Positions 15,535 to 30,691 of a stretch of 64,000 nucleotides of DNA are shown here, piece by piece (position 1 is the first letter of the stretch; each line of letters opens with the position of its first letter). The translations under genes and the position numbers were made by a program. The notes under the pieces are model-generated. The model was not told where the DNA came from and did no database searches. It worked only from the letters and a program-made list of their open reading frames with translations. The stretch lies in NCBI RefSeq assembly GCF_009914755.1, contig NC_060935.1; one strand, given 5' to 3'. The stretch comes from the human T2T-CHM13v2.0 reference genome, Homo sapiens.

Positions 15535-15630
15535 TCTCTCTTCTCTTCTGCTCTCCCTTACCCTCCCCTCCCCTCCTCTCCTCTCCCTTCCTCTCTTCTT
15601 CTCTCTTCTTCCCTCTGTCCCTTTTCTTCT
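15535..15630. repeat. CT-rich low-complexity tract
   Basis: Directly visible. Confidence 0.8.
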
Positions 15631-17149
15631 GCGAATAAAATGGAAGGCTTATAGGCTGTGGAAGTCTTATAGGTGTGTCATAGAATACTGACCTCAGTTT
15701 TGGGGATAAACAGATGATGATTGGAGCTTCCAGAAACTTTTTGGCCAGTCAAATCTATATTAAAGTAGAATTATCCATGTCTTCTCTAAGGGAGATTCAG
15801 ATGAATTGGAGTCATTATCTACTGTCTCACAGGCAGTTAGCACATTGAAGGATAATTAGCACTCACTGCTCATCTGCAAGGCCCAGAGGACAACCACAAA
15901 AGTGATCCACTACATGGCTGGATCCACCACATAGCCAGCTGCAGAACATTGCCCATTACAGAAGAGGCCTATGAAACTTTTAAGGAATTCTTCTAGATGC
16001 CTGTGGAGCTTGTAACTCAGCCCAAGGCACTATCAACTGAGGGTCAGAGGACAGGGAAGTTGAGTGGGTTTCCTAACAGGTGACTCTTCAATTGATCACC
16101 CCCAAATTTTATCTTCAGATACTCTGTCCCTTTGCAATTGATGTGCTTTGCAATAGCTTCACTTTGGCGGTGAGGTCACTCTTCCAACAATGCATGTGAG
16201 TTGTGTAAATCAAGACTCATTATTCTTTTAATACTCAACACGAGAAACTTTTATTACAGCCAAGATCTGTACCCATTGTTATAAGAAATTTCAATTTAAA
16301 GTTGTCAATTAAAAAGACAAATTGTTTAATAATCTCAACTCTAGAAAAGTGGTAAATAATTATACGAATCAGTTGACATTTTTATTACTAACTTCTGTAA
16401 ACAGAGTTTTTCACAAATGAAAACTAACAAAAGTGTGGAGAAGTTAGCAAATAAAAAGTCATGAAGAATTCAATTTAGCCATTTGAAACATAAAACCTGA
16501 TTTAAAGAAAAATAGAAGCAAAAATATATGCACAGGAAGCTCAAATTTCTTCTTAAAAACTGAAACAATTATTTTGACATTTGATACAAATTCATAACTC
16601 GGTATTTTCCTTATAATTTGCAGTTAGTTATTTTTATTTTTATTGTTTAATACTTCAAACACTTATATATCTATATCCAAGCCTGATATCGATGTCTTCA
16701 AGTACATTTCAATTTTAATTTCAACACCTCATGCCATAATCTGGAAAAGGTGAAAGGCCCTACTTCAGAAAGACAGGCTCTATCCCAGATGTTGCATGAG
16801 CTCTGAAGGAGCTTCCCCTCTTACCAGTTAAATGAATATAAACTGAAATGTCTTCAGCAGAGTATGAGGCTAGCACCTGGGTGCTATAGAAATGCAGAAT
16901 ACTAAGTAATTGCATTTAGCTGGAGAATCACAGCAAAAGTGAATACAAGAAGAAAAAAATGAGGGGGAATAAACATACAAAAAGAGAAGATAAAATTATT
17001 TTTCAGATAGAGAGAATGGTATGTTCAAAAATATAGGAGCAAGACATTTTTACTGAGTTTCATGCTGTCATCTCATTTCCTCTCAACTCACTACAACTAG
17101 ATTTTATCACTCACTGATAAGCTTAAACTGCTTTTGGAACTTCATCAAT

Positions 17150-17750
17150 AGCTTTTTATGATGAATGACCAATTTTCTGACTGTGTTACGTGTGATCTCT
17201 GTAGCATTTGGCACAGTTATCATTTTCTCTTCTGGATACTCTATTTTCACCTGAAGTCCCTGACATCATTTTCTCCTGGCTGTCTGCTTAGTCTGATTTC
17301 TCTTTAAGGTGGGCTTCTTCCTTTTGCCCACCCTAGTCCTCTGGAAAAAGTCCTAGGTCATTTTATTTTCCTATCCAACACCCTTTCCCTGAATTTCCTG
17401 TCCCTTCCATCTGGTAAGTGACCGCAGGTAGTCTGATCTGTCCCAGATTTACACATCTGGTCCACATCTCTTAGCTGAGCCTTGGATTCAAATGTTCTAT
17501 TGCCAATAAGATGTATCAATTATGTATCTATCAAAGTAATGAATGAATCACAAAATTAACTGGTTTCTTACCCCCAACATTTTCATTTTATTATGTCTAC
17601 ATTGCATCAAAAACTCATTAGCCCATTCACCAAAGCTGGAAACCCAGCAGCCATCTTTTCTCTTGATCTCTAAATCCCACACCTAGTCATTTCATGCAGT
17701 CCTACCACTGCTCTCTCTGAAATCCATCTACTACTATGTGCCACTGCTTT
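17150..17750 (+). mobile_element. L2 fragment
   Basis: gatctctgtagcatttggcacagtt (LDLSAAFDTVD region) and caccaaagctggaaaccc. Confidence 0.65.
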
Positions 17751-19446
17751 ATCAAATTATGAGAAAAACACAGTTTACGAAGTTTTAATATGCAGATTTA
17801 CATTTTGGGGTAAGACCCCTGGTCCCTATGTTAGCCTTCCATATGTCCATCCATCATACATGAGTTTTTCATAAAAATAGTGGGATTCATACAATCTAAA
17901 AGGGTTAACAAGGATGCCTTAAATCATTGCTTTCAGCTTTTCTGGGCCGTTACATACTACAAGATGCTTTCAAAATGGTAAATTTCATAAACACAGGTCT
18001 TTAAATTCTAGATATTTGCCATTATTTGCAATAAGAAGCGGACTGACTATAAAAACCATATGACAACACTGAGGTTTGTTATTAATCTAAGGCAAATTAC
18101 TTGAAAGAACTGGCAAGCTTAAGAAAAAGACAGTGTTCTGCATATGCTGACTCGTTAGGGAAAGTCGTTGTCAGTAAGGTGTTATATAACAAAATTATGT
18201 ATACATGTATATATTTTTGAAGCAGTTGTGTAGAAACAAATACTTTGTCCCTTTAAAGTATAGATGACATTTTAGCCATTGAGAAAATAACTGCTTTTTG
18301 GTAAAAACAATTCATATTATAAAAAAAGTCATTCTGAAAATGGATACTTGGGAGTTTATCTATCATCATGTGGTTTTGTTGCTGACAAAAATGTACATGT
18401 ATCTCCTAGGAAACAAGTCCACTTAGTTGAAAAACTCAGGAATATAGTCTTCAAATAAACAGTTCCTGTATATTTTAAACCTATTACTAAAATAAGACTT
18501 TTGATAAGATCACAAGAGTAATTGAATGAAAATTTCAACACATCAGCTTTTAGCAATTAGTGTATAGGATTGAAAAATAAATGTGGTGACAAGGTAAACA
18601 CAACACAGTAAACTTGTTCTAGTTGGATTTATATGTTTTTATGGTGTATTTTTCAACTTTGATAGCCATTAAAACCAGTACAAAACAAACTGAAATTATA
18701 ACCCCATCTTCAAATATCTGTAGCATAAAATATTAAAGCAAAATTTCAGAATGAATAGAGTACATTTGATCACATTGCTCTCACAAAAACATCAATAAAT
18801 AAAATATACAATAATATAAAGCATATAATCTTATTAGACTTTATTAAAGATTATGAAAACAATTAACACGAGACTAAGACATTTATCAAGTAAAATTCAC
18901 TTAAAATACCTGTATTTTCTACATTTCAATTTTTATATTTGCATGATCTTATCTCCAAATACATTGTGTTGAAGTGCAAATATATATATATATAAAACAT
19001 ATATAGATGTAATTTATAAATACTGCTAAATATATATTGGGACATATGCTTATTTTATTTTACTATTGCAAAGGTGCAGTTAAGAATTTTGATACTACTA
19101 TGCAATGTTCAACGTCCTTCATAAGATTGAGGTATACACAGATGCCTTGTGTTTTCTATGCCTATAATCTGTCTCACCCCAGTTCTAGCTTACTCTATGC
19201 ATCTAGAATGAAAACTCTGCAAATGCCCAGAAAGTCTACCAGTAGAAAACATACAACCCCGCTTCAGTGCCTTTTCATAGCCTGTCTGATACTCAATTTT
19301 TCTGTCCATTTGATATGTTCCTTCTCTGCCCATGTTACCAGGGATTTTGCTTATTTGATATGGATTCTACCTCCAAGCAAGACAATCTGCATGCTTTTAT
19401 ACTTGTTCTAGAAGCATTTTAATTTTTTTGGTTTTGGGTTTTGTAC

Positions 19447-19810
<364 letters not shown>

Positions 19811-21020
19811 TGAAACTTAATATTTCATTTGAAAGTAATCTCCCTTATTACATACTTAATATTTATTTTCTTAGGGTAGGCTTCATGTTCACTTTTTTGT
19901 GATTTTATTAAAATATATCTCAAGTAATATTTTACATTTGTACCATACGATCAAATATTTTACTTATGTGCAATATCTATCCCTACCCACAAAATTCCTA
20001 TGAGGAATCTAGTTATCAATTTCATCTGTAGCTGCATCCCACCCACTATTTCAGAACAGTGAGAGATTAGTAGATATTATCAATCTATAATAACAATACA
20101 TAAAAGCATAACCAATTTGATTTAGTATACATGCACAACAGATTACAATTTATTGGCTTTAAAAAGTCTGTATTTATCACTTATTGTGATGATTTTAAAG
20201 GATATATTAAACCATCAATATCAAAATGACCACAATAATAGCAACAATAAATTTTAGTTTGAATGATATTGTCTGGGATAAAAGTATGCAAAAGAAAATA
20301 AAAATCACCCAGAATTCTACAATCTCTAGAGAACCACGAATAATGCTTTCTCTAATATGCATGTGGCTTTATATGCAGAATAATATCATATTTCATGTAA
20401 TTTTAAAATATGCTTTCTTACTAACACTATATTTTTTATTTCTTCCAGAACGAAAGTATTGAACAAATATTCAGATTTCAATGGTATATTTAGAGACAGT
20501 AGTATTCAGTACTTTTATAAATGCCTTATCTATAATCTCTACATTAGACTTCTAGGAAAACACACATTGCATGAGAGTTTCTGAAGGGTCAGGAAAGCAG
20601 AGAGGTTTGTGAGCAAAACCGTCTTGAAAGTGAGGTCATTATGGCTCCATGTTATTTCTGTTAAAAATGCTATGCAAAATATATTCAGTCACAGCCAAGG
20701 ATATTTTCAAGGGAAGGTAGTAGGATAAGGTGTGACTAAATATATACAACTCAATCTCCTCAGGTGCTAGAAAAGAAATGGGGGAAAGGAATCAGAAAAC
20801 AGGAGAGAGAATGTTCAGTACACAACTTAAACTCAACAAACTGAGATGAATATGATGAATAATAGGAACTTGGAGATGGAGGTGTGACTCTAGTGTAAAT
20901 CAGTTTGAATTGTTTTAAGAACCAAGATGGTTATATAACTAGAGTGTCCACCTTTATTTTCTTTATTTAATATTTTACCCTTCCCAACAAAGTAAATATT
21001 TCCATATGAAATAAATAAAT

Positions 21021-21379
21021 TTCCTTCCTTCGTCCCTCCCTGCCTCCCTCCCTCCCTCCCTCCCTCCATCCATCCCTTCCTTCCTTCCTTCCTTTTTCGA
21101 GATACAGTCTTGCTTTGTTGCCCAGGCTGGAGTGCTGTGGCGTGATCTCTACTCATTGCAACCTCTTCCTCCCAGGTTCAACTGAATCTCCTGCCTCAAC
21201 CTCCTGAGTAGCTAGGATTACAGGCACCCACCACCACGCCAGCTGATTTTTGTATTTTTAGCAGTGACAGGGTTTTACCATTTTGGCCAGGCTGTTCTCG
21301 AACTCCTGACCTCAAGTGATATGACTGTCTTGGCCTTCCAAAGTGCTGGGATTACAGGTGTGAGCCACCGCACCTGGCC
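21021..21379 (-). mobile_element. AluS with (CCTT/CCCT)n-expanded tail
   Basis: Alu body ~21095-21379 preceded by a pyrimidine microsatellite. Confidence 0.9.
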
Positions 21380-21584
21380 TAAAGAATTAAATACTATTTA
21401 TCTAACTTTGTTACCATGGCATTGTGTTAATTGTCTCAGTAATTACTGATATTTCTACAAAACTGTAAAAGTACATATTTTTTCCTTCCTAAATGTTGTA
21501 TAAGCTTCAGCTTAAATCAGAGCCAAAGCAAAGATAACTGGTACAAACCAAACTCTTAGCTTTTCTCATACATATATATGAGAA

Positions 21585-21800
21585 ATGTATAGTCCAAAAA
21601 GCACAGGCTCTATGCCAAAAAGATGTTGTTTTGAATTCTGCTGCACCATTGCTAGCTGAGTGACACTGGGCTGGTTACTTCATCCCTCAGAGCTTTAATT
21701 TTCTCATCTCTAAAACAAGGCAAATGCTATCTCAATTGAAAGATTGTTTTAGGAACTAAAAATTGCATTATTATATCATAGTAGTTGCTTAATAAAAGAC
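21585..21800 (+). mobile_element. MIR
   Basis: tagctgagtgacactggg...ttttctcatctctaaaa core. Confidence 0.7.
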
Positions 21801-22123
21801 AATTATAATCACTACTGTTATATTGTACAAAGTAAAATTACATTTAAAAATACTGAATATGTATTTTGTGAATGTGTCCAGTGCAGATGTTTAAATTGGA
21901 AAACATAATTTAATATTCACTTTACAAAATCTGAGATATCATTTAAAAGAATTTGATTATCCAAATAATTTTATTAATTTTCCATCAACTGCCTGAATAT
22001 GAATCACGTTAACAAAATGACCTGTGACTCATTAGGATAAATACTGTTAACAAGGAGGAAAATGTATAGCTCAAAGCTTCATTTTGTGTCTTTTGTCAAT
22101 TTATGTAGCAAAATACGTATTAA

Positions 22124-22462
<339 letters not shown>

Positions 22463-23659
22463 CAGAATCTGGCTTTAATCAAACTCCTGAGCCTGATTGG
22501 CTACTAATCCCCATCATGATTCCTACCTTTGGCTACTCGTTGTTCAACTAATACACAATCACCTCTTCCCTTTGTCTGGAATGCGCCTCTGTTTCTTAGC
22601 TCATGAAAACCTTTCAGCCTTTTATAACCCAGTACAAATATTTTCTTTCCCTGATGCTTTAATTGACTATTCCTCTCCTAGAATAGGCATTGAGATGCAG
22701 AACCAGCAGTGGGATAGAAGTAGATTCTTGCTTAATATAATATGATTTTTGCCTAGAAAGAGATCACATCAGGTTTCTACCACCAAAGCAGGGTTTACAA
22801 CATAATTCTTTGTACTCATTTCTATGTGTGTGTTTTTTGCATATATGTCTATGTTTGCGATCCTTTACTTGTTGGGAACAAATACCGTGATGAATAAAAC
22901 ACTTTCCGTTCCCTCATGATACTGTGATCCACAGAAAATGTTCTAGAAATATATGGTGAATGGATGAGTGAAGGAGGGAAAGACTGCCAAGTTCTACTCA
23001 GTGACCTCTTTCAATTACAGTGACTTGAGAGAAGAATGAGGAACATAAAACAAGAAAAGTAATCTTTTTGGTGTAATGAGGATTCTGTAGTCCTGGAAGA
23101 GAGATAATTTATCAGCATTAAAGTCACGCACAATGTCAATCAGTTTCATGGAGAGACCATGTGAGGTAGACAGATGACAAAAGATTAATCAAGCAACTGC
23201 TATAGGGCAAGATTAGTGTGCTGATTTCATGCAAGGTTGACAGATAGATAAAAAGGTAAAGCAATATATTCTGTGAGGCACTAGGGTATTGTTCCTATTG
23301 CTGGAAAGTGACAGCAGCAAAATATATGAAAACTGGAAAGTATCAGCTTAACTGGAGAAAAATATATAGGCACTGAAAAAAACTAGGTTTTGCAAAGAAA
23401 TCATTAAACTAGTAAATACACAAATAAATTTATTAAATTGTTGGTAGTCATTTGAATAATGTACTCACTTCTTTTAGGACAGAATATCACAAAAAGTGCC
23501 ATATATTTATATTAATGTTTGTGAAATTTGATGTTTCCTAGGAATACAGATAACTAACAATAATAGACATGGGTTTTCAGTAATCACCAGTAGCTGAAAA
23601 CAAAAATATAGTACCAAAAATTCAATTGTTTTTGGAGAACTTAAGTTTAGGTTTAATAT

Positions 23660-25360
23660 AATAGATAAATGTATTTAACTTGGCTGTGGGAACTAGGTTT
23701 CTTAATGTTGGAGAAGTAAGGTACGGATAAGCAAGAAGGGAGATTAGAATGAATGCTGTAGTACTGAATTTTAGTTGCGAACATCGGTAACAACTCATTT
23801 TTAACTTAATACATAGATAGATGGATAGAGAAACAATTATAGGTATGTACACCAACACGGGTTATACATGTATAACCAAGCACTGTCCTATGTGAGAGTC
23901 TGGAAGCAATGACAACTCAGTAACAGTTAGCAACCCCATTGCTAGATCTTGGTTTTTAAATACCAATCTGCAATGAAAAGAATCAGGACTCCTTATTGAA
24001 AAGGCTCATACTAAGGCTAGGGCAAGGAATATAAAAGGTAATGTACAGACAGCTTCCTATAGTGACAATAAGGCTGGAAATGTTCAGAAAACAAAAGGAT
24101 GGACATATATCAATAGCTCCTAATGTCCAAAGCTGGACCAACTTGAACAGCACAATAAATAACAAATAGCATAGTATCAGACTATATAACCCAAAGTATA
24201 AAATAAACCTAAATTATCATCAATGATAGACTGGATAAAGAAAATGTGATACATATACACCATGGAATACTATGCAGCCATAAAAAAGAACAAGAACATG
24301 TCTGTAGCAGGAACATGGATGGAGTTGGAGACCATGATCCTTAGCAAACTGACACAGGAACAGTAAACCAAGTGATGAGAACACATAGACACACAGAGAG
24401 GAACAACACACACTGGGGCCTTTTGGAGGGTGGAGGGTGTGAGAAGGGAGAGGATCAGGAAAAATAACTAATGGGTAGTAGGCTTAATATCTGGGTGATA
24501 AAATGATCTGTACAACAAACCCCCATGACTCAAGTTTACCTATGTAACAAACCTGCACATGTATCCCTGTGCTTAAATGTTAAAAAGTAATATAAACACA
24601 TAAATATACATGTGTCCACACTGATTTAAATTAATGACTACGTTTTTTCAAAATGGGAGAGAAGAGACGATGCTTCAATACAAAAATTTCAAGTAATTTA
24701 TGTAGATACTCTCCCCTCGTGGAGAGTAGGATATAGTTAGTTACTCACTTCCAAGGAATACAGTATGGAATAAAAACAAACAAACAAACAGTTAATTTAG
24801 AGTGGATAAAATGTGCAAAAACACTTTAACCAACTGATGAAGGTTAATGTCACCAGTGACGTCAGGGGATATCATGGATTCCATTGTATGATGTGTTGAG
24901 AAGAGCATTTCCCCTGTATGGTACTCTTTTCTGAAAATCCATAACCCCAGTCTGATCCTGAGAAAAGTATCAGGCAAATCCCAATTGAGAGACATTCTGC
25001 AAACACCTATCCAGTACTTATCAAGCTGTTGATGTCATATGAAAAACGAAGATGAAACTGTCACAAAACAGAACAAGGAGCTATGACAACTAAATATAAT
25101 GAGGTGTCCGGAGCTAGATCCTGGCACAGAAAAATACTCTAATGGAAAAACTGATATAACTGTAAATAAAGTCTGGTGTTTAATTAACAGTGACATACCT
25201 GTGTCAGTTTCTTATTTTTGACAAAGGTACCAGAGTAATGTAAGATGATAACATTAAGGAAAACTGAAATTGGATGAAGGGTACAGGGGAACTCTCCGTA
25301 GTTAATTAGAAACACTTATGTAAATAAAATTATTCCAAATGAAAGGTTTATTATTAAAAA
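23660..25360 (+). mobile_element. L1MC/L1MD 3' region
   Basis: atcaggactccttattgaa, aaggttaatgtcaccagtgac, tattccaaatgaaaggttt. Confidence 0.7.
24220..24590 (+). mobile_element. 5'-truncated older L1PA nested in the L1M
   Basis: gatagactggataaagaaaatg...gaggatcaggaaaaataactaatggg...acctgcacatgtatccc. Confidence 0.88.
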
Positions 25361-25389
25361 TATGGGTTGGTTTCCTAGCATCAGATTTC

Positions 25390-26360
25390 TGATCTAAAGT
25401 ACAAATCTGGTCATTTTGCCCCCTTGCTTATAACCGTTCATTGTTTCTCTGTCTCTATGAGACGAAGACAATGCTTCTGAGTGAGATGGTGCCGAGCCAT
25501 CTCTTGCTTTGCTTTCCAGCCGCACTTCCACTACTTCCCCTCATATAACCTGAAGTCTAGTTTTACCAAGCTTTTAGCAGTGTCTAGAAAGACATAATTT
25601 TTCTCCACTTGATAATCCCTACAAACACATAGCAACTCAGTTCAATTTTATTTTTCTCTCTGTGAGTTCTCCCTGAATTCCCTCAAAGTCAGAGTTAGAC
25701 ACTCTATTTTGCTCACATGGCACTCTGCACCTCACTCTATAAGAGCCTTTATCACATTTTGGGGGGCAACTCATTATTGACAAGAGTTGCCAGTTATGTG
25801 CCAGAACTGTGTTGAAAGTTTACTTATATCCTGTCAGAAAAGAAATGTTAGGTAATATATCCAAGTCAATACAGCTAAGAAATTGAGGGCCTGTAATCTG
25901 AAACCAGTTACTAATTATTAGTCTGAAAGCCTGAGGTCTTTCAGGTAGAACACACTACCTTTCTGAATGCTAGGATTCTTGTAGTTTACTTTTCAGCTCC
26001 CAGACCCCTCGTCACTCCTTAAACTCATTAACACAGCAGGTTTTAATAAAGACAGCCCAGTCTCTGAAATCAGACAACTTGAGTCCCATCCTTAGTTATG
26101 GTTTCATCACTTACCAAGAATATAATCTTGAGAAAGAATCTAAATCTTTAGTTGGGTTACCTAACAAATGCAAGGATACCTAAAATTTTCTGTAGATCAG
26201 GTAATATATGTATGGCTTCAGCACAATACCTTGCACATTAGTGAGCATTCATAAACATTAAGAGTCTTCTAAGAATATCAGGGATTTTGTTTTGTTCAAC
26301 TTTATATCTCAAACACTTGGAGAATAAATACACATCATAGGTGCTTAATATATAACTATT
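25390..26360. mobile_element. L2 and MIR fragments
   Basis: Degenerate L2 3' motifs (atctggtcat, ataggtgcttaata) and MIR motifs. Confidence 0.55.
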
Positions 26361-26364
26361 TGAC

Positions 26365-26485
26365 ATATATGTACATCTATATACATGTATATACGTATAT
26401 AATATATGTATATATGATATTTCTATGTATCATACAGAGAAAATATATTTGATACATACATTTATAAATATATGTGTATATAATA
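26365..26485. repeat. TA-rich degenerate microsatellite
   Basis: Directly visible. Confidence 0.75.
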
Positions 26486-28326
26486 CAGATAAAGAGAGTT
26501 TAGGTTTAGAAAGTAAAATAGAGGTTTTAACTACTTGGGAAAATAGAAATTAAAAACAACTGGATTACTATTTTGGAAAAATATAGTTGTGTCATCTGTG
26601 GTTATATTAGTCCAGGTGTTATCATGACAGTTAAGTGGGGAAAAAAAACTTGTCCTGCATCTATATCAATGATGCTATTACATCATATGAAAACTGAAAT
26701 CTTTCAATTTTGAGAAGAATTAAAGTTAATAATTGCCTCTGGATCAGGAAGAGCTTCACTAGTTACCCAAGCAAGTGATGAGTTTAACAGTTTGGTGGAT
26801 TTTGAAATTTTAATTTAACTTGAATTTTATGTGTCATACTCTATTATCCTTTTTCAAGAGAAAACAGAATGCTATTATTCACAGCCTTGTTTTTTAACAC
26901 AGAAAAATAAAAAAAGGAAAAATGCTTCAAATTTCACTTGACTTGCAAGACTAAAACTTCACAAACTAAAATGACAAATGTATGATTTGTAAAATACAGT
27001 TACAATTAGGTTTTTTTTTTCATAACAATCTGTGGTGAAATGTAACGGGAAAGCAGACACTTATTTTAAAGATGCAATTTTAAAAATAAAATTCAAAACT
27101 TAGGAAATAGAAAAGCACTCAAGTTTTAGCAGGGATTTTAAAATGTCATCTACAAACTACAAATACAGGTAATCAGTGACACCAAATAAAGTATTTTGAA
27201 AGAGTTAAGGTAATGTATATTTCAAAAAGCCGTTACCAGGCTTTCTGTAAGTCCCTTGCAAGAATTCCACTTTAAGCATTGTAGTCTCAAATATTATATC
27301 AGGCAAACCTAGGCATTTGCTATATTCTTTTTAAAAATTTAATGGCAGACATCACCCTAGGTTCCCTAACGTTTAAGGAGAACCTCTCCTTCTAATGATT
27401 CTCTCACACAGCTTATTGGAACAGGAGATTGTATTTACTAACTAGATCAGGAAATCTCAAACCATACAGAGGAAATCAGAAACCGGTCACTCACGGCTAC
27501 CACAGTGACTGCTTCTGAGTGTGGTTCAAGCTCAGTCCAGGACAGGCAGATGAAAGGACAATCTTAAAGGTGACTCTGGAGAGCAAGTGAGACTGTAACC
27601 CCAAAACTTTCTAGGATAATTCATTTTCACTTCTACCCAGTCAAAACAACTATTGACATCATCACTGAAGTGCTTAAGTCTACCTGGAGGTGGCGTGGAG
27701 CAGAGTGAGCATTCCAGAGTCCCAGACAAGAGGAGATGTGCACGAAACACTATCTTCCTGTCAGACACCTGTGCCCACTGCCCCAAGCACTGCCCCTCTG
27801 GTCCTTCATCAGCCTTTGCGCTGTGTCCCTCCTGCTCCTGCAATGGGCCACAGCACAGAAGGAAAGAGTCCTCCGGAATGGGTGACTGTATAGAAAGCAA
27901 TCGAATCTTTAATCACTTTTCCTACTTTACACTTCACGCAGTTCTTATTCCTATCCCTGCTTCATGCCTTTCCAAGAGAATGTTAGAGGCCTCTTTCAAT
28001 TTTCATTTCTCAGTCTTTTCCCCATCCCGTTCAGTACCCTAAACTTCGTCAGTTATTTAAAATAACCTTTTACCCCCTCCTCCCCTTCCCAGGATGTTTC
28101 AACTTCTCTGGCTCTCTTCCCCATCCTTACCTCCTCCAATTCTTTCATCCTGGTCCTGGCCTCTTAAACCCGCCCGGGGCTGCCCTTTGCCTGTCTTTTC
28201 TCCTCCCATCCCTCTCTGAACCCTTTCACCTCATCCATTCCCTTGTCAGGCTCTCCAGATTCCCGGGCTGTTTGCTGGTGAGAAATCTTTGCTGCAGCGA
28301 GGACCGGAGTCCCCCGCGCGCAGCCC

Positions 28327-28682
28327 AGTGGCAGAAGAGGGCTAGGCTGAGAGGGAAGCCAGGACTGTAGGAGAGGGAGGCAGCCCGTCCTCCTCACGAA
28401 CCTGCAAGGATGCGGCAGGGGCCTGGGGGCATGGGGAGGTACTAACCCCCCGGAGCCCCCGATTGGGGCTTGCAGACCTGGCCCGTGGGCGGATTTTCTG
28501 CCTAGCGCAGCCGAGAAGCAGAGGTGCCAGGAAAACCAAGAGAGGGGCGCTGGGGGTGCCCATCCCCAGAGTCGGTCCCTCTGCGAACCGAGGAAGAAAA
28601 GAGGAGGGAGTCAGCGAGTGGTCAGAAGGGAAAACCTGACACCAGACTGGCTCCGGAGCGTCCGGGAGACTGGGGCGCTCCG
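28327..28682 (+). other. GRIA4: GRIA4 non-coding exon 1 (start approximate)
   Basis: Strong donor CCG|GTGAGC after 28682 inside the CpG island. The 5' boundary is from recollection of the mRNA start (AGTGGCAGAAG...) and cannot be fixed from sequence alone. Confidence 0.65.
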
Positions 28683-29159
28683 GTGAGCACCCAGGGGGTG
28701 AAGCCAGCCGAGCGGTGGGCGAGGGGCGTGCGGAGGGAGTGCGCGCTCGAGGAGGGGACGCCAGGAGGGCAGCGATGCTCCGGGCTGGTGCAGGCTTGCT
28801 GGGGGATGTCGGCTGATGCGAGCTGGAGAGCGCGTGTGGCGGCCGCGGCGCCAGTGTTTGTGTGTATGTGAGAAAGCAAGGGGCGAGCGCGAGTGCGAGT
28901 GAGGCAAAGATAGAGCGCATGTCTCATCCCTGCGAGCAGCCACTAGACGCTCCACCACCATCTTTTGCATGTGCAACATTTGCAGCCGGACAGAAAACCT
29001 CTCCCAGGGCTATGGAGACTGCGGGAAAAATCTGGCGGCTCGCGATGGATTGCTAAGGAGAACTAGTCATAATCTTAAACCACCGAAACCTCTTTCCTTT
29101 TTTTTCTTTCTTTTCTTTCTTTTCTTTTTTTTTTTTTTTTTGGTTGATTTTAATTTTAG

Positions 29160-29393
<234 letters not shown>

Positions 29394-30484
29394 TGAGTTA
29401 AATGAGTTGCTGATAAGCAATTCAGGGAAACCTTCAGCAGTTCCCTTCCCCTCTGTTTCCCTCCTCTTCCTTTCTCTCCTTTGCAAAAAGACTTCCTCTT
29501 TAGTGCAGGTTCCGTTGGAATACACCCAGGGCAGCCCACCCATGCGTTCTCAGCCCATAGCCCTATTTCCACCTTTACCTATAGTCGCTTAAGTAGGATT
29601 GAAATAAGTTGGGGGAAAGTCTTCGGGGAATTTGGTTGTATTTTATATGATATTTATTTTCATCCCTTTCTCTAAAGCATAAAGTGATGTCGAGTTTGTT
29701 TAAAAAAGAAAAAAAAAATCCACTTCTTCCCATTCTGGACGCCGCAGCTTTCTTGCTATTACAGAAAGACACTGTTTGAGGAAAAAGACATTTCCACCCG
29801 CACTCCCTGCCGTTTCTTGCTACCAGTTAGCAGATTCCAAAGTTAGATCCCTTTCCTGGAAGCTTCTCCCCTTTTATTTTGTTTTCTTCTTGAAGCTTTT
29901 GCCCTTATTTCTCTACCTCGACTCTGTTTCCAGGGACACCCTCCATCCTTGGCTTTTCTTGCTATTCTCCTCTACTGTCTTTTAATGGGACGCAGCTATT
30001 GAATTTCTTCCAGCTAAGCCCAGCCTCAACACTGCATCATTTCTCGTGGACTGTGCATAAAACGGAGTTAATTAGGCTGAGTCCACGAGCTGGAGGAAAA
30101 TAAAGTTCATTTCTTCTTTCTGATTTCCCTCTTCCCTGTGTGGCACTATATCCCTTCATTTCCGTATTTTAATGTAAATCTCTTTTCCGCTCATCTGCAT
30201 GCATCTTAGAGAGAGCTGCCCTGAGGTGGCTGATGTAGCAGTGTGCTGGGAATCAGGGGGAGGGCAAGGGAGAGAAAGGAACATTCACTAAATGGTCTCA
30301 GAGGTCATTGTGAGCAAGACACATTAGGACAAGAAAAAGCTGAGCTGCTCTAAAGACTAAATACTAAGCATGCACCTTAGGGACAAAGGGCAGTCTCCCT
30401 AGATGTGGCAGGTATAGCTCTTTAATTGTATGTGCTTGTGAATGGCAGTAGATTTGACTGTGCTTGGGGTGGGTATAATGTTGA

Positions 30485-30691
<207 letters not shown>

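Noticed and set aside
15110-15691. 193-aa hydrophobic ORF (likewise 56697-57212, 171 aa)
   Set aside because: Non-ATG start, runs through T/CT-rich or TG microsatellite sequence; no protein family resemblance.
28342-28979. Long antisense ORFs (192, 122 and 101 aa) across the CpG island
   Set aside because: Low-complexity Pro/Ala/Arg/Ser translations expected from stop-poor GC-rich DNA; no recognisable domain.
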